Part shown: piece by piece, positions 53,028 to 64,000 of the stretch
Position numbering within the stretch: position 1 is the first letter of the stretch
Layout of the letters: each line of letters begins with the position of its first letter
Assembly: GCA_900316025.1 (NCBI GenBank)
Contig: ONBJ01000003.1
Span: 19,642-83,641 of the forward strand
Direction: 5' to 3'
Origin: an uncultured Eubacteriales bacterium
GTDB lineage: Bacteria; Bacillota; Clostridia; Oscillospirales; Acutalibacteraceae
DNA length: 64,000 nt
The notes under the pieces: model-generated
Seen by the model: the letters and a program-made list of their open reading frames with translations, nothing else
Told to the model about the DNA's origin: nothing
Databases searched by the model: none
Translations under genes and position numbers: made by a program

Positions 53028-53303
53028 ATGAGCAGAAGCATTAAAAAGGGCCCTTACGTACAGCCGGTACTTTACAAAAGGGTAGAAGCTATGAACGAAG
53101 CAGGCGAAAAGAAGATACTCAAGACATGGAGCAGATCTTCAACAATCTTCCCCTCCTTCGTAGGTCACACATTTGCCGTTCATGACGGACGCAAGCACGT
53201 TCCGGTATACGTTACAGAGGATATGGTAGGTCACAAGCTCGGAGAGTTCGCACCTACAAGAACCTTCAAAGGTCATGCCGGTTCAAAAACATCTAAGAAA
53301 TAA
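53028..53303 (+). CDS. rpsS: 30S ribosomal protein S19
   Basis: [21 protein letters not shown]. Confidence 0.98.
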   Translation: MSRSIKKGPYVQPVLYKRVEAMNEAGEKKILKTWSRSSTIFPSFVGHTFAVHDGRKHVPVYVTEDMVGHKLGEFAPTRTFKGHAGSKTSKK

Positions 53304-53323
53304 GGCAGAAGGAGAGAATAAAT

Positions 53324-53662
53324 ATGGCAGAATCAAGAGCTTATTTGAAATATGTCCGTATTTCACCACGCAAGGTTAAAATTGTTCTTGACTTAATCAG
53401 AAACAAGCCCGCAGATTATGCAATGGCAGTTCTGAAGCACACTCCTAAGGCCGCTTGCGAGCCGCTGGAAAAGCTGCTTAAGTCAGCAATGGCAAACGCT
53501 GAAAACAATCACAATATGGACGTAAGCAAGTTATATGTAGCAGAATGCTCAGTAAGTCAGGGACCCACACTGAAGCGTATTCGTCCAAGAGCACAGGGTC
53601 GTGCATTCAGAATCGACAAGAAGACTTCGCACATTACCTTAGTGCTTAAAGAAGCTGAATAA
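53324..53662 (+). CDS. rplV: 50S ribosomal protein L22
   Basis: [20 protein letters not shown]. Confidence 0.98.
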   Translation: MAESRAYLKYVRISPRKVKIVLDLIRNKPADYAMAVLKHTPKAACEPLEKLLKSAMANAENNHNMDVSKLYVAECSVSQGPTLKRIRPRAQGRAFRIDKKTSHITLVLKEAE

Positions 53663-53680
53663 CGACAGGAGGTATAGTTA

Positions 53681-54400
53681 ATGGGCCAGAAAGTAAATCC
53701 GCACGGTATGCGTGTCGGCATTATTAAGGATTGGGACTCACGCTGGTTTGCAGGAAAGAAAAACTTCGGTGAGCAGCTTGTTGAAGACTATAATCTTCGT
53801 AAAACACTCAAAAAGCAGCTTTACGCAGCAGGCGTTCCCAAGATTGAGATTGAGCGTGACGCTTCAAGAGTAAGAATAAACATTCACTGTGCAAAGCCGG
53901 GTCTTGTAATCGGCAAGCAGGGCAGTGAGATAGACAAAATCCGCAAGCAGTGCGAAACAGCACTGAACAAGCCTGTAAATATAAACGTTGTAGAGGTAAA
54001 ATCACCCGACCTCGATGCACAGCTCGTTGCAGAGAATATAGCTACACAGCTTGAGAACAGAATTTCCTTCCGCCGTGCTATGAAGCAGTCAATCGGAAGA
54101 GCAATGAAGTTTGGTGCAAAGGGTATCAAGGTAATGTGTTCAGGCCGTCTGGGCGGTGCAGAAATCGCACGTTCCGAAACATACCACGAGGGTACAATTC
54201 CTCTTCAGACATTAAGAGCAGATATCGACTACGGCTTTGCAGAGGCTGCAACGACATACGGACGTATCGGAGTAAAGGTTTGGCTGTATAAGGGCGAGGT
54301 TCTCAACGTAAACGCTAACAGAAGCTTCAGCGAGAACAACAACGACAACGGCAAGAACCGCCGCAGCAGAAAGCCACGCAGAGAAGGAGGCAATAAATAA
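53681..54400 (+). CDS. rpsC: 30S ribosomal protein S3
   Basis: [19 protein letters not shown]. Confidence 0.98.
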   Translation: MGQKVNPHGMRVGIIKDWDSRWFAGKKNFGEQLVEDYNLRKTLKKQLYAAGVPKIEIERDASRVRINIHCAKPGLVIGKQGSEIDKIRKQCETALNKPVNINVVEVKSPDLDAQLVAENIATQLENRISFRRAMKQSIGRAMKFGAKGIKVMCSGRLGGAEIARSETYHEGTIPLQTLRADIDYGFAEAATTYGRIGVKVWLYKGEVLNVNANRSFSENNNDNGKNRRSRKPRREGGNK

Positions 54401-54822
54401 TGCTGTTACCTAAGCGTGTTAAATACAGAAGAGTACACAGAGGTCGTCTTACAGGTAAGGCTTACCGTGGAAACAAGGTAACCTACGGTGATTACGGTCT
54501 TCAGGCATTGGAGCCTTCTTGGATTACATCAAACCAGATTGAGGCTGCCCGTGTAGCTATGACAAGATATTGCAAGAGATTTGGTAAGGTGTGGATAAAG
54601 ATATTCCCCGACAAGCCTATCACAGAGAAGCCCGCTGAAACCCGAATGGGTTCAGGTAAAGGCTCACCCGAATACTGGGTTGCAGTAGTAAAGCCCGGCA
54701 GAGTTATGTTCGAGCTTGGCGGCGTTTCTGAGGAAATGGCAAGAGAAGCTATGCGTCTTGCAGCAAACAAGCTTCCCATCAAATGTAAATTTGTAAAGAA
54801 AGAAACGGAGGGTGAGCAATAA
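54400..54822 (+). CDS. rplP: 50S ribosomal protein L16
   Basis: [17 protein letters not shown]. Confidence 0.98.
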   Translation: MLLPKRVKYRRVHRGRLTGKAYRGNKVTYGDYGLQALEPSWITSNQIEAARVAMTRYCKRFGKVWIKIFPDKPITEKPAETRMGSGKGSPEYWVAVVKPGRVMFELGGVSEEMAREAMRLAANKLPIKCKFVKKETEGEQ

Positions 54823-55022
54823 TGAAGGCTTCACAGCTTAGAGAATTATCAGCGGAAGAGCTTCAGGAGAAGCTCAGAGGCTTAAAAGAGGAACTGTTCA
54901 ACCTTCGCTTCCAGTTAGCTATAAATCAGCTGGAAAACCCGATGCGTATCAGTGCTGTAAAAAAGGACATCGCAAGAGTACAGACAGTACTTACCGAGCT
55001 TGAAAACAGCACAGAAGCATAA
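54822..55022 (+). CDS. rpmC: 50S ribosomal protein L29
   Basis: [17 protein letters not shown]. Confidence 0.97.
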   Translation: MKASQLRELSAEELQEKLRGLKEELFNLRFQLAINQLENPMRISAVKKDIARVQTVLTELENSTEA

Positions 55023-55042
55023 TCGAGAAGGAGGTCTGAGCT

Positions 55043-55300
55043 ATGAGCGAAAGAAACTTGAGAAAAAGCAATGTCGGCAGAGTTGTAAGCAATAAGATGG
55101 ATAAGACAATCGTAGTTGCAATCGAGGACAGCGTAAAGCACCCCCTCTACGGCAAGGTTGTAAAGAGAACCGCAAAGCTTAAAGTGCATGACGAGAACAA
55201 TGAGTGCAATATTGGCGACAGAGTAAGAATTATGCAGACACGCCCTCTTTCTAAGGATAAGAGATGGAGACTGGTCGAGATTATTGAGAAGGCTAAATAA
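55043..55300 (+). CDS. rpsQ: 30S ribosomal protein S17
   Basis: [19 protein letters not shown]. Confidence 0.98.
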   Translation: MSERNLRKSNVGRVVSNKMDKTIVVAIEDSVKHPLYGKVVKRTAKLKVHDENNECNIGDRVRIMQTRPLSKDKRWRLVEIIEKAK

Positions 55301-55330
55301 TTTGGCCCCGATTGAAAAGGAGGAATTACT

Positions 55331-55699
55331 GTGATTCAACAGCAGACCTACCTGAAGGTTGCCGATAACACTGGAGCAAAAGAGTTAATGTGCATCCGAG
55401 TTCTCGGCGGTACCGGAAGGAGATACGCAAACATCGGTGACGTTGTGGTAGCTTCGGTTAAAAAAGCAGCACCCGGTGGAGTTGTAAAAAAAGGCGATGT
55501 AGTTAAAGCAGTTATAGTACGTTCTGCAAAGGGCGTGCGTCGTGAGGACGGCACATATATCCGTTTCGACGAGAATGCTGCCGTTATAATTAAAGAAGAT
55601 AAAAATCCAAAAGGTACTCGTATCTTTGGACCGGTTGCAAGAGAGCTTCGTGATAAAGATTATATGAAGATTCTGAGCCTTGCTCCCGAAGTTCTTTAA
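55331..55699 (+). CDS. rplN: 50S ribosomal protein L14
   Basis: [20 protein letters not shown]. Confidence 0.98.
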   Translation: MIQQQTYLKVADNTGAKELMCIRVLGGTGRRYANIGDVVVASVKKAAPGGVVKKGDVVKAVIVRSAKGVRREDGTYIRFDENAAVIIKEDKNPKGTRIFGPVARELRDKDYMKILSLAPEVL

Positions 55700-55714
55700 T
55701 GGAGGTGCTCACTG

Positions 55715-56035
55715 ATGAATAAAAAGGTTCACGTAAAAACAGGTGATACCGTTATGGTTATAAGCGGAGACGATAAGGGCAAAAAGGGCAAGGTTATGGC
55801 TGTAAGCCCTAAGGAAGGCAAGGTTATCGTTGAAGGCGTAAATATGGTATCAAAGCACGTAAAGCCCAGAAGAATGGGTGAGGCAGGCGGTATCCTCAAG
55901 GCTGAGGGTGCTATGTACGCATCAAAGGTACAGATAATCTGCCCCCGCTGCAAGAAGCCTACACGTATAGGACACAAGCTCAACGAGGACGGCACAAAGA
56001 GCCGTACCTGTGCTAAATGCGGCGAGATTTTGTAA
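55715..56035 (+). CDS. rplX: 50S ribosomal protein L24
   Basis: [21 protein letters not shown]. Confidence 0.97.
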   Translation: MNKKVHVKTGDTVMVISGDDKGKKGKVMAVSPKEGKVIVEGVNMVSKHVKPRRMGEAGGILKAEGAMYASKVQIICPRCKKPTRIGHKLNEDGTKSRTCAKCGEIL

Positions 56036-56051
56036 GGAGGATATTAAGATA

Positions 56052-56591
56052 ATGGCAAGACTTAAAGACTTTTACAAAAGCGATGTTGCACCTGCACTTA
56101 TGAATAAGTTCTCCTACAAAAGCGTAATGGAGATTCCCAAGCTGGATAAAATTGTTGTAAATGTCGGTGCCGGCGAGGCAAGAGATAACTCAAAGGTAAT
56201 CGATGCTATTCTGAGAGATCTGGCAGCTATCACAGGACAGAAGCCCCTTGTATGTAAGGCAAGAAAGTCCGTTGCTAACTTCAAGCTCCGTGAGGGAATG
56301 CCTATCGGTGCTAAGGTTACTCTCAGAGGCGAGAGAATGTATGAGTTCCTTGACAGACTTTTCAATGTTGCACTTCCCCGCGTTCGTGACTTCAGAGGTA
56401 TAAATCCTAACGGTTTTGACGGAAGAGGAAACTACAATATGGGTCTTAAAGAGCAGCTCATCTTCCCTGAGATTGAGTACGACAAGATAGATAAGGTTAG
56501 AGGTATGGACATCTGCTTTGTTACTACCGCTAAAACGGACGAAGAGGCTCGTGAGCTGCTCAAGCTTATGGGTGCTCCGTTTGCGAAATAA
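56052..56591 (+). CDS. rplE: 50S ribosomal protein L5
   Basis: [16 protein letters not shown]; start moved to ATG 56052. Confidence 0.98.
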   Translation: MARLKDFYKSDVAPALMNKFSYKSVMEIPKLDKIVVNVGAGEARDNSKVIDAILRDLAAITGQKPLVCKARKSVANFKLREGMPIGAKVTLRGERMYEFLDRLFNVALPRVRDFRGINPNGFDGRGNYNMGLKEQLIFPEIEYDKIDKVRGMDICFVTTAKTDEEARELLKLMGAPFAK

Positions 56592-56603
56592 GGAGGGATT
56601 TTC

Positions 56604-56789
56604 GTGGCTAAGACAGCAATGAAAGTTAAGCAGCAGAGAACCCAGAAGTTCTCTACAAGAGAATACAACAGATGCAAAATCTGCGGCAGACCGCACGCTT
56701 ATCTTCGCAAGTACGGAGTATGCCGTATTTGCTTCAGAGAATTAGCTTACAAGGGCGAAATTCCCGGCGTAAAAAAGGCAAGCTGGTAA
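56604..56789 (+). CDS. rpsN: 30S ribosomal protein S14 type Z (Zn-binding)
   Basis: [14 protein letters not shown]. Confidence 0.97.
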   Translation: MAKTAMKVKQQRTQKFSTREYNRCKICGRPHAYLRKYGVCRICFRELAYKGEIPGVKKASW

Positions 56790-56811
56790 AAGAACGAAGG
56801 AGGTTAATTTT

Positions 56812-57210
56812 ATGCAGATTACTGACCCTATAGCAGATTTGCTTACAAGAATCCGTAACGCAAGCTCTGCGAAGCACGATTCTGTAGAGATTCCTGCTTC
56901 AAATATGAAGAAGGCTATATGCCAGATTTTATTGGACGAAGGCTACATTAAGAATTTTACTGTAGTTGAGGACGGCAAACAGGGCGTTATAACAGTTACT
57001 CTCAAGTATCTTGAGGGCAAGAAGCCTGTTATCACAGGACTCAGAAGAGTTTCAAAGCCCGGTTTACGCAGATATAGCAATGTAGAGGATATGCCCAAGG
57101 TTATAAAGGGACTTGGCGTGGCTATCGTTTCGACCTCAAAGGGAGTTATGACAGACCGTCAGGCTCGTAAGGAGAACGTAGGCGGAGAAATCCTTGCATT
57201 TGTTTGGTAA
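56812..57210 (+). CDS. rpsH: 30S ribosomal protein S8
   Basis: [24 protein letters not shown]. Confidence 0.98.
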   Translation: MQITDPIADLLTRIRNASSAKHDSVEIPASNMKKAICQILLDEGYIKNFTVVEDGKQGVITVTLKYLEGKKPVITGLRRVSKPGLRRYSNVEDMPKVIKGLGVAIVSTSKGVMTDRQARKENVGGEILAFVW

Positions 57211-57224
57211 GGAGGTACGGGAAA

Positions 57225-57806
57225 TTGGCTGAAACAGAAATCAAATTATCTCGAATTGGAAGAAAACCTGTAAATATTCCCGCCGGTGTCGAGGCAAAAT
57301 TCGACAACGGTGTATTGACTGTTAAAGGACCCAAAGGTACACTCACACTCGACGTGAACCCTGCAATGATTGTTGAGGTAAACGCAGGAAGCATTGAGAT
57401 AAAAGTACCCGAGGACAAGTCACCCAAGGCTGTAAAGAGAAACAGAGCACTTCATGGTCTTACACGTTCACTCGTAGCAAATATGGTTACAGGTGTAACA
57501 CAGGGCTATCAGAAGAAGCTTGAGGTTAAGGGCGTAGGTTACCGTGTGCAGAAGAAGGGCAAGGATCTGGTTATGAACCTTGGCTATTCACATCAGGTTA
57601 TAGTAAGCGATACAGATGACATCAAAATCGAAGCTCCCGACCCCAACACAATCATTATCTCAGGTATAGACAAGCAGAAGGTTGGTCAGTTTGCTGCCGA
57701 GGTAAGAGAGAAGCGTCCGCCCGAGCCTTATAAGGGTAAAGGTATCAAGTACGCTGACGAGGTTATCCGTCGTAAAGAGGGTAAAGCCGGTAAAGGCAAG
57801 AAGTAA
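57225..57806 (+). CDS. rplF: 50S ribosomal protein L6
   Basis: SRIGRKP, RPPEPYKGKGI; TTG start inferred. Confidence 0.96.
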   Translation: MAETEIKLSRIGRKPVNIPAGVEAKFDNGVLTVKGPKGTLTLDVNPAMIVEVNAGSIEIKVPEDKSPKAVKRNRALHGLTRSLVANMVTGVTQGYQKKLEVKGVGYRVQKKGKDLVMNLGYSHQVIVSDTDDIKIEAPDPNTIIISGIDKQKVGQFAAEVREKRPPEPYKGKGIKYADEVIRRKEGKAGKGKK

Positions 57807-57823
57807 TTAAGGAGTGAAGCATT

Positions 57824-58177
57824 ATGGTATCAAAGGCAGATAAAAACAAAGCCCGTTTGAAGCGTCATAAAAGAGTACGCAGCAAAATAAGCGGTACGGC
57901 AGAATGCCCCCGCCTTAACGTGTTCCGCTCTAACACAAACATTTACGCTCAGCTTATAGATGACGTAAACGGTGTTACTCTTGCTGCTGCATCATCTCTC
58001 GAGCTTGACGGCAAAGGCTCAAACAAGGAAGCAGCTTTCAAGGTAGGCGAGGCTATCGCAAAGAAAGCTTCCGACAAAGGCATCGACACGGTTGTATTTG
58101 ACCGTGGCGGTTACATTTATCACGGCCGTGTCAAGGAATTGGCCGAAGGTGCTCGTCAGGGCGGCCTCAAATTCTGA
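57824..58177 (+). CDS. rplR: 50S ribosomal protein L18
   Basis: [20 protein letters not shown]. Confidence 0.98.
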   Translation: MVSKADKNKARLKRHKRVRSKISGTAECPRLNVFRSNTNIYAQLIDDVNGVTLAAASSLELDGKGSNKEAAFKVGEAIAKKASDKGIDTVVFDRGGYIYHGRVKELAEGARQGGLKF

Positions 58178-58194
58178 TAAAGGAGGAAATTACT

Positions 58195-58692
58195 TTGGCT
58201 ATTATTGACGCATCAACTTTAGATTTACAGGAACGTGTAGTTACAATCAACCGTGTATCAAAGACAGTAAAGGGCGGACGTATCTTCAAGTTTGCCGCTC
58301 TGGTTGTAGTAGGTGACGGCAACGGAACAGTAGGCTTCGGTATAGGTAAGGCAGGCGAAGTTCCTGACGCTATCCGCAAGGGTATCGAGGACGCTAAGAA
58401 GAACCTTATCAGGGTATCCCTCAAGGGAACAACAATTCCTCACGAGGTTATCGGTGAGTTCGGAGCAGGCAGAGTTCTTATGAAGCCCGCAGCAGCCGGT
58501 ACAGGAGTTATCGCAGGCGGCCCCGTCCGTGCCGTAATCGAGGCAGTAGGTATCAGAGATATAAGAACAAAGGCTCTGCGTTCAAACAATCCCTGCAACG
58601 TAGTACGTGCAACCATTGAGGGTCTTGCATCACTCCGCAGTGCAGAGGAAGTTGCTGCTATCCGTGGCAAATCAGTTAAAGAGATTTTATAA
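58195..58692 (+). CDS. rpsE: 30S ribosomal protein S5
   Basis: [18 protein letters not shown]. Confidence 0.98.
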   Translation: MAIIDASTLDLQERVVTINRVSKTVKGGRIFKFAALVVVGDGNGTVGFGIGKAGEVPDAIRKGIEDAKKNLIRVSLKGTTIPHEVIGEFGAGRVLMKPAAAGTGVIAGGPVRAVIEAVGIRDIRTKALRSNNPCNVVRATIEGLASLRSAEEVAAIRGKSVKEIL

Positions 58693-58707
58693 TAGGAGGG
58701 CAGCAAG

Positions 58708-58887
58708 ATGGCAGAACTTAACATTAAGCTTGTAAAAAGTCTTATAGGCAGTAAAAAGGACCAAATTGCAACAGCCCAGGCACTTGGTTTAAAGAAAATC
58801 GGCGATGTGACAACTCAGCCCGATAATGCTCAGACCAGAGGTAAGGCAGCTAAGATAGCTCACCTTATCGAGGTAAGCGAAGCGTAA
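58708..58887 (+). CDS. rpmD: 50S ribosomal protein L30
   Basis: Manual translation MAELNIKLVKSLIG...LGLKKIG...HLIEV, 59 aa; not in ORF track. Confidence 0.95.
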   Translation: MAELNIKLVKSLIGSKKDQIATAQALGLKKIGDVTTQPDNAQTRGKAAKIAHLIEVSEA

Positions 58888-58905
58888 GCAAGGAGGTGCT
58901 AAGCA

Positions 58906-59349
58906 ATGAAATTGCACGAACTTTCACCCGCAGAGGGTTCTAAAAAGGCTGTAAAGCGTATAGGCAGGGGTCACGGCTCAGGTCAGGGCAAGACAGCAGG
59001 TAAAGGACACAAGGGACAGAAGGCAAGATCAGGCGGCGGCGTAAGACCTGGCTTTGAAGGCGGTCAGATGCCTATGCAGAGACGTTTGCCTAAGAGAGGC
59101 TTCAACAATATCTTTGCAAAGAAGATTGTAAGCATAAATGTAGGCAGTCTTGAAAAGAAATTCGATGATGGTGCTGTAGTAGATACACAGGCACTTATCA
59201 GTGCAGGACTTGTAAAAAATTCCTTTGACGCAGTAAAGATTTTAGGCAACGGAAATCTTACAAAGAAGTTAGAGGTAAAGGTTGCTGCATATTCCGCTTC
59301 TGCAAAGGAGAAAATTGAAGCAGCAGGCGGAAAGGCAGAGGTGGTTTGA
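58906..59349 (+). CDS. rplO: 50S ribosomal protein L15
   Basis: [25 protein letters not shown]. Confidence 0.98.
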   Translation: MKLHELSPAEGSKKAVKRIGRGHGSGQGKTAGKGHKGQKARSGGGVRPGFEGGQMPMQRRLPKRGFNNIFAKKIVSINVGSLEKKFDDGAVVDTQALISAGLVKNSFDAVKILGNGNLTKKLEVKVAAYSASAKEKIEAAGGKAEVV

Positions 59350-60659
59350 TGTTAAAAACCATTCGCAATGCCTTCCGTGTTCCTGATTTAAGAAAGAAGC
59401 TGTTATTCACATTAATGATAATAGTAGTATTCAGAATAGGTTCGGTAATCCCCGTACCTTTTCTGGATATGGAGGCACTCAGACAGGCAATGAGCAACCT
59501 CACATCTGCCGAGAGCGGCTCGATGTTTGCTTATCTCGACACATTGTCGGGCGGTGCTTTTTCCAATGCGACGCTGTTCGCAATGGGTGTAACGCCTTAC
59601 ATCAACAGTTCGATTATAATTCAGCTCCTTACTGTAGCAATTCCCGCACTTGAGCGTCTTTCAAAAGAGGGCGAAGAGGGAAGAAAGAAACTTGCTACAA
59701 TTACAAGATATGTAACCGTAGGTCTTGGACTTATACAGGGTATAGCATATTTCTGGTTCCTGAAGCAGAGTCACGTTCTTGAATATAACGAAGGCTTTGA
59801 CTTCATTTTCTCGGCTGTAGTAATCGTACTTGTATTCACCGCAGGTACAGCTCTTATGATGTGGCTCGGTGAGCAGATTAACCAGTATGGTATAGGAAAC
59901 GGTATTTCGATACTCCTCTTTGCAGGTATCGTAGCAAGATTTCCTCTTATCATCTCACAGATTGTCAGCTTCTGGAATATGGCTATGAAGGGTGATACAA
60001 AGTACTTTGTGTTTGTACCTTTGTTTGTTATCATCTTCCTTGCAGTTATGTGGGTTATCGTATTTATGCAGGACGCAGAGAGAAGAATACCTATCCAGTA
60101 TGCAAAGAGAGTTGTGGGCAGAAAAATGTACGGCGGTCAGAGCAGCCACCTTCCCATAAAGGTAAGCCTCGGCGGAGTTCTCCCCATCATTTTCGCAAGC
60201 TCCATTCTTTCAATTCCCTCAACAATAAAGCTTATCGCACCCGGCATTACAGGCTGGCTTGACAACCTTATTCAGATGTTCAGCCAGAGAAGCTGGCTGT
60301 ATGCTGTGCTTTATTTCATACTGATTATACTGTTTGCATATTTCTATACATCAATTCAGTATAATCCTATAGAAATGTCAAATAATCTTCGTCAGAACAA
60401 TGGTACAATCCCCGGTATCCGTCCGGGTAAGCCCACGACTGAGTTCATTGCAAAGATTTTGTCAAGAATAACGCTTATCGGAGCATTGTTCTTAGCTGTA
60501 ATCGCAATAGTTCCCATTATTTACGGAAACCTTACAGGTATGTCGGCTATGTCATTGGGCGGAACCTCGATTATCATCGTTGTAGGCGTTTGCTTGGAAA
60601 CGGTAAAACAAATGGAATCCCAGATGATGATGCGTCATTACAAGGGCTTCCTTGACTGA
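59349..60659 (+). CDS. secY: Preprotein translocase SecY
   Basis: LGVTPYI-like FAMGVTPYI, GIGNGIS, IPGIRPG. Confidence 0.98.
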   Translation: MLKTIRNAFRVPDLRKKLLFTLMIIVVFRIGSVIPVPFLDMEALRQAMSNLTSAESGSMFAYLDTLSGGAFSNATLFAMGVTPYINSSIIIQLLTVAIPALERLSKEGEEGRKKLATITRYVTVGLGLIQGIAYFWFLKQSHVLEYNEGFDFIFSAVVIVLVFTAGTALMMWLGEQINQYGIGNGISILLFAGIVARFPLIISQIVSFWNMAMKGDTKYFVFVPLFVIIFLAVMWVIVFMQDAERRIPIQYAKRVVGRKMYGGQSSHLPIKVSLGGVLPIIFASSILSIPSTIKLIAPGITGWLDNLIQMFSQRSWLYAVLYFILIILFAYFYTSIQYNPIEMSNNLRQNNGTIPGIRPGKPTTEFIAKILSRITLIGALFLAVIAIVPIIYGNLTGMSAMSLGGTSIIIVVGVCLETVKQMESQMMMRHYKGFLD

Positions 60660-60681
60660 TAATATTTGGAGGCGATATATA

Positions 60682-61314
60682 ATGAACATAATCTTATTAG
60701 GTGCTCCCGGTGCGGGAAAAGGTACTCAGGCTGAGAAGATTTGTGAAATTCTTAAAATTCCCACAATTTCCACGGGTAACATTATCCGTGCGGCGTTGAA
60801 AAACGGTACAGAAATGGGTCTTAAGGCTAAATCGTTTATGGACGCAGGAAAGCTCGTTCCCGATGAGGTCGTAATCGGCATCATTCAGGAAAGACTTTCA
60901 GAAAGTGACTGCAAGAACGGCTTTATCCTCGACGGTTTCCCCAGAACCATTCCTCAGGCCGAGGCTCTGGACGCTATGGGTGTCGAAATCAACAAGGTAA
61001 TCGATATAGAGGTTTCCGATGAAGACATCGTAAAGAGAATGTCCGGACGCCGTGTCTGCGAAAAGTGCGGTGCAAGCTATCATCTTGAATACAAGAAGCC
61101 CGCTAAGGAGGGCGTTTGCAACCTCTGCACAGGCACCCTTGTTCAACGCAAGGACGACCACCCCGATACGGTTCTTTCAAGACTCAAGGTTTATCACGAA
61201 GAAACAGAGCCTCTCAAGGACTACTATGAGAAGCAGGGTAAGCTTACAATAGTAGAGGGTCAGCATGATATTGCAGACACAACCGCAAAGGTGCTTAAAG
61301 CATTAGAGGACTAA
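60682..61314 (+). CDS. adk: Adenylate kinase (Zn lid)
   Basis: GAPGAGKGT, LDGFPR, CxxC lid. Confidence 0.98.
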   Translation: MNIILLGAPGAGKGTQAEKICEILKIPTISTGNIIRAALKNGTEMGLKAKSFMDAGKLVPDEVVIGIIQERLSESDCKNGFILDGFPRTIPQAEALDAMGVEINKVIDIEVSDEDIVKRMSGRRVCEKCGASYHLEYKKPAKEGVCNLCTGTLVQRKDDHPDTVLSRLKVYHEETEPLKDYYEKQGKLTIVEGQHDIADTTAKVLKALED

Positions 61315-61321
61315 TATAAAT

Positions 61322-62074
61322 ATGATAGTTCTTAAAACCCGACGTGAATTGGATCTTATGAGAGAAGCTTGCAGAATATCTGCAAACGCACTCAAAGAGG
61401 CAGGCAAGGCAGTAGAGCCGGGCGTGTCTACAAAGGAAATTGACGATGTGGTACGTAATTATATCCGGAAACAGGGTGCTTCACCCTCGTTTCTGGGTTA
61501 CGGCGGATTTCCTGCCAGTGCGTGTATATCGGTAAACAATGTGGTTATCCACGGCATACCGAGTAAAAAACAGATTTTGAAGAGCGGCGATATTGTCAGC
61601 GTGGACGTGGGAGCGTTTATAGGCGGCTTTCACGGCGACAATGCCTACACATATGCCTGCGGAGATATTTCAAAGGAAGCAAGAGCGTTGCTCGATGCTA
61701 CAAAGGAAAGCCTTTACGAAGGCATAAAGCAGGCAAAGGCAGGAAACAGGATTGGCGATATAGGAAATGCCGTTCAGAGTTATGCCGAAGCTCGCAGTTA
61801 CTCGGTGGTACGAGATTTTGTCGGTCACGGAGTAGGTGCGAAATTACACGAAGACCCCAGCGTACCAAATTACGGTACTCCCGGCAGAGGAGTAAGACTT
61901 ATGCCGGGTATGACTATTGCGATAGAGCCTATGATTACGGCAGGAGGATATGCCGTAAAGGTTCTTGATGATGACTGGACAACGGTTACGGCGGACGGAA
62001 GCCTTGCGGCTCATTTTGAGCATACAATAGCAATAACCCCCGACGGACCCGTTATTATGACAATACCTGATTGA
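61322..62074 (+). CDS. map: Methionine aminopeptidase type I
   Basis: VIHGIP, GHGVG, IEPM, AHFEHT. Confidence 0.97.
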   Translation: MIVLKTRRELDLMREACRISANALKEAGKAVEPGVSTKEIDDVVRNYIRKQGASPSFLGYGGFPASACISVNNVVIHGIPSKKQILKSGDIVSVDVGAFIGGFHGDNAYTYACGDISKEARALLDATKESLYEGIKQAKAGNRIGDIGNAVQSYAEARSYSVVRDFVGHGVGAKLHEDPSVPNYGTPGRGVRLMPGMTIAIEPMITAGGYAVKVLDDDWTTVTADGSLAAHFEHTIAITPDGPVIMTIPD

Positions 62075-62101
62075 ACAGGCTGAAGAGGTGAAAGGCTTAT
62101 T

Positions 62102-62347
62102 ATGAAGGCAGGACAGATAGTTCAGGCTGAGGCAGGCAGGGATAAGGGACGTTTTTTCGTAATAGTTGAAACGGACGGAAAATTTGCCCTCATATGTGAC
62201 GGCAAGACAAGACCTGTTGAAAGACCTAAAAAAAAGAAGCTCATTCACCTTAAAGCTACGGAATACTTTGCAGACCCCGAAAGGGTCAGGACAAACAAAG
62301 AAATGAGAAGAGCTTTACATCAATTCAATTATCCGCATTTACCGTAA
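62102..62347 (+). CDS. KOW-domain (L14e-like) protein
   Basis: GQIV.AEAGRDKG, CDGK.R...PKKK; conserved position between map and infA. Confidence 0.85.
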   Translation: MKAGQIVQAEAGRDKGRFFVIVETDGKFALICDGKTRPVERPKKKKLIHLKATEYFADPERVRTNKEMRRALHQFNYPHLP

Positions 62348-62362
62348 GGAGGTTTTTAAGAT

Positions 62363-62581
62363 ATGTCTAAGCAGGACGCAATCGAGTTGGAGGGCGTAGT
62401 AACGGAGGCTTTGCCGAACGCTCAGTTCAAGGTGGAGCTTAAAAACGGACATATAATTCTTGCCCATATATCAGGCAAGCTGAGAATGAATTTTATCAGA
62501 ATTCTTCCCGGCGACAAGGTTACTATTGAAATGTCACCGTATGACCTGACAAGAGGCAGAATTACATGGCGAAGCAAGTAA
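62363..62581 (+). CDS. infA: Translation initiation factor IF-1
   Basis: [24 protein letters not shown]. Confidence 0.98.
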   Translation: MSKQDAIELEGVVTEALPNAQFKVELKNGHIILAHISGKLRMNFIRILPGDKVTIEMSPYDLTRGRITWRSK

Positions 62582-62626
62582 GTATTCAGAACGACTTTTG
62601 TATTAATGGAAAGGAATGATTACACA

Positions 62627-62740
62627 ATGAAAGTCAGACCTTCAGTAAAGAAAATCTGCGACAAGTGCAAGGTTATCAAGCGTAAAGGCAAGGTAATGGT
62701 TATCTGCGAGAATCCCAAGCACAAGCAGCGTCAGGGCTGA
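62627..62740 (+). CDS. rpmJ: 50S ribosomal protein L36
   Basis: Manual translation [37 protein letters not shown]. Confidence 0.97.
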   Translation: MKVRPSVKKICDKCKVIKRKGKVMVICENPKHKQRQG

Positions 62741-62749
62741 TAAAAGCCG

Positions 62750-62778
62750 TTGACAAATAGAGTAAAAAGTACTATAAT
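62750..62778 (+). promoter_or_regulatory. Internal consensus promoter upstream of rpsM
   Basis: TTGACA-17-TATAAT. Confidence 0.75.
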
Positions 62779-62814
62779 AAAAATATTGACTAATTATAAA
62801 TGGAGGTGCAACAT

Positions 62815-63183
62815 ATGGCTCGTATAGCAGGTGTAGACTTGCCGAGAGATAAAAGGGTTGAAATCGGCTTGACATATATCTTCGGTATAGGACGTAAAAC
62901 TGCAAGTGACATTATTGCTGCAACAGGAGTAAACCCCGATACCCGTGTCAGAGATCTGACAGAGGACGAGGTTTCCAAGTTAAGAGAGTATATTGACCAT
63001 AACTGCGTTGTTGAGGGTGACCTCAGACGTGATGTTGCTTTTGATATAAAAAGACTTATTGAAATAGGCTGCTACCGTGGTGTACGTCACCGCAAGAGCT
63101 TGCCTGTAAGAGGTCAGCGTTCAAAAACTAACGCTCGTACCCGTAAAGGTCCGAGAAAGACTATGGCTAACAAGAAGAAGTAA
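62815..63183 (+). CDS. rpsM: 30S ribosomal protein S13
   Basis: [21 protein letters not shown]. Confidence 0.98.
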   Translation: MARIAGVDLPRDKRVEIGLTYIFGIGRKTASDIIAATGVNPDTRVRDLTEDEVSKLREYIDHNCVVEGDLRRDVAFDIKRLIEIGCYRGVRHRKSLPVRGQRSKTNARTRKGPRKTMANKKK

Positions 63184-63198
63184 GGAGGGTTTTGAACT

Positions 63199-63600
63199 AT
63201 GGCAGCACCTAAGGGTAAAAAGACTGTAGTACGCAGAAGACGTGAGAAGAAGAATATCGAACGTGGTGCGGCACATATCCAGTCTACATTCAATAACACA
63301 ATAGTAACAATCACAGATATTCAGGGTAATGCTGTATCCTGGGCAAGTGCAGGCGAGTTAGGCTTCAGAGGTTCAAGAAAATCAACTCCTTTTGCAGCTC
63401 AGTCAGCAGCAGAAACAGCCGCTAAAGCAGCTATGGAGCATGGTATGAAAACCGTTGAGGTTTACGTAAAGGGTCCCGGAGCAGGAAGAGAAGCAGCTAT
63501 AAGAGCTTTGCAGTCTGCAGGTCTTGAGGTAAATATGATTAAAGACGTTACCCCGATTCCCCACAACGGATGCCGTCCTCCTAAGAGAAGACGTGTATAA
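63199..63600 (+). CDS. rpsK: 30S ribosomal protein S11
   Basis: [22 protein letters not shown]. Confidence 0.98.
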   Translation: MAAPKGKKTVVRRRREKKNIERGAAHIQSTFNNTIVTITDIQGNAVSWASAGELGFRGSRKSTPFAAQSAAETAAKAAMEHGMKTVEVYVKGPGAGREAAIRALQSAGLEVNMIKDVTPIPHNGCRPPKRRRV

Positions 63601-63620
63601 CAGAAAGGGAGGAACTATTT

Positions 63621-64000
63621 ATGGCAAAGAATATGCAGCCAATCGCTAAGCGTTGCAGAACATTGGGCATTGAGCCTTCCGTTATGGGTTATAACAAGAA
63701 GACATCAAACAGAAACCCCAATGCAAATTCAAGAAGAAAAAAGAGTGAATACAGCCTCCAGCTCACAGAGAAGCAGAAGGTTAAGTTCATTTACGGCATA
63801 ATGGAGAAGCAGTTCCGTCATTACTATGACCAGGCTGCAAAGGCAGAGGGTAAAACAGGTACGGTTTTGCTCACAACTATAGAGAAGCGTCTTGACAATG
63901 TTGTTTTCAGACTCGGACTTGCTGCAACAAGACGTGAGGCAAGACAGCTCGTAAACCACGCTCATTTTACCGTAAACGGTCAGAAGGTTAATATCCCTTC
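63621..64000 (+). CDS. rpsD: 30S ribosomal protein S4, 5' part (runs off window)
   Basis: Manual translation [13 protein letters not shown]...EKQK...[12 protein letters not shown]...ARQLVNH. Confidence 0.95.
   Translation, partial: MAKNMQPIAKRCRTLGIEPSVMGYNKKTSNRNPNANSRRKKSEYSLQLTEKQKVKFIYGIMEKQFRHYYDQAAKAEGKTGTVLLTTIEKRLDNVVFRLGLAATRREARQLVNHAHFTVNGQKVNIP

Overview
AT-rich Clostridia (probably Oscillospiraceae/Ruminococcaceae-like, gut-type) chromosomal window. It runs from rpoC'/rpoB (minus strand), through a ~45 kb mixed housekeeping/accessory block (VTC operon, gtrB/gtrA, LRR and CHAP proteins, PadR operon, spoIIQ-like gene, recA/recX, ffh-rpsP, nadBC, hflX, prfA-sua5-coaE, murA, rqcH, a two-component system, efp, tRNA-Leu), into the S10-spc-alpha ribosomal protein cluster. 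I saw no IS, prophage or CRISPR. Most striking points: (1) six intergenic ~100-140 bp elements that fold into near-perfect four-way junctions, with a conserved GCGATTGC(AG) closing stem and three hairpin arms whose sequences vary while staying paired; (2) a second family of four ~87 bp three-hairpin repeats sharing hairpin modules with the first; (3) a VTC polyphosphate-polymerase + DUF4956 + Cthe_2159-type lipoprotein operon whose promoter has a CiaR-type box exactly 10 bp upstream of its -10, while a CiaRH-like two-component system lies 37 kb away; (4) a PadR-controlled Fe-S flavoprotein-SCP2-membrane fusion; (5) a frameshifted four-helix-bundle (IVP/Avd-like) gene enclosed by inverted heptamer repeats next to tRNA-Leu. 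All family assignments come from motif recognition by eye; no database searches were run.
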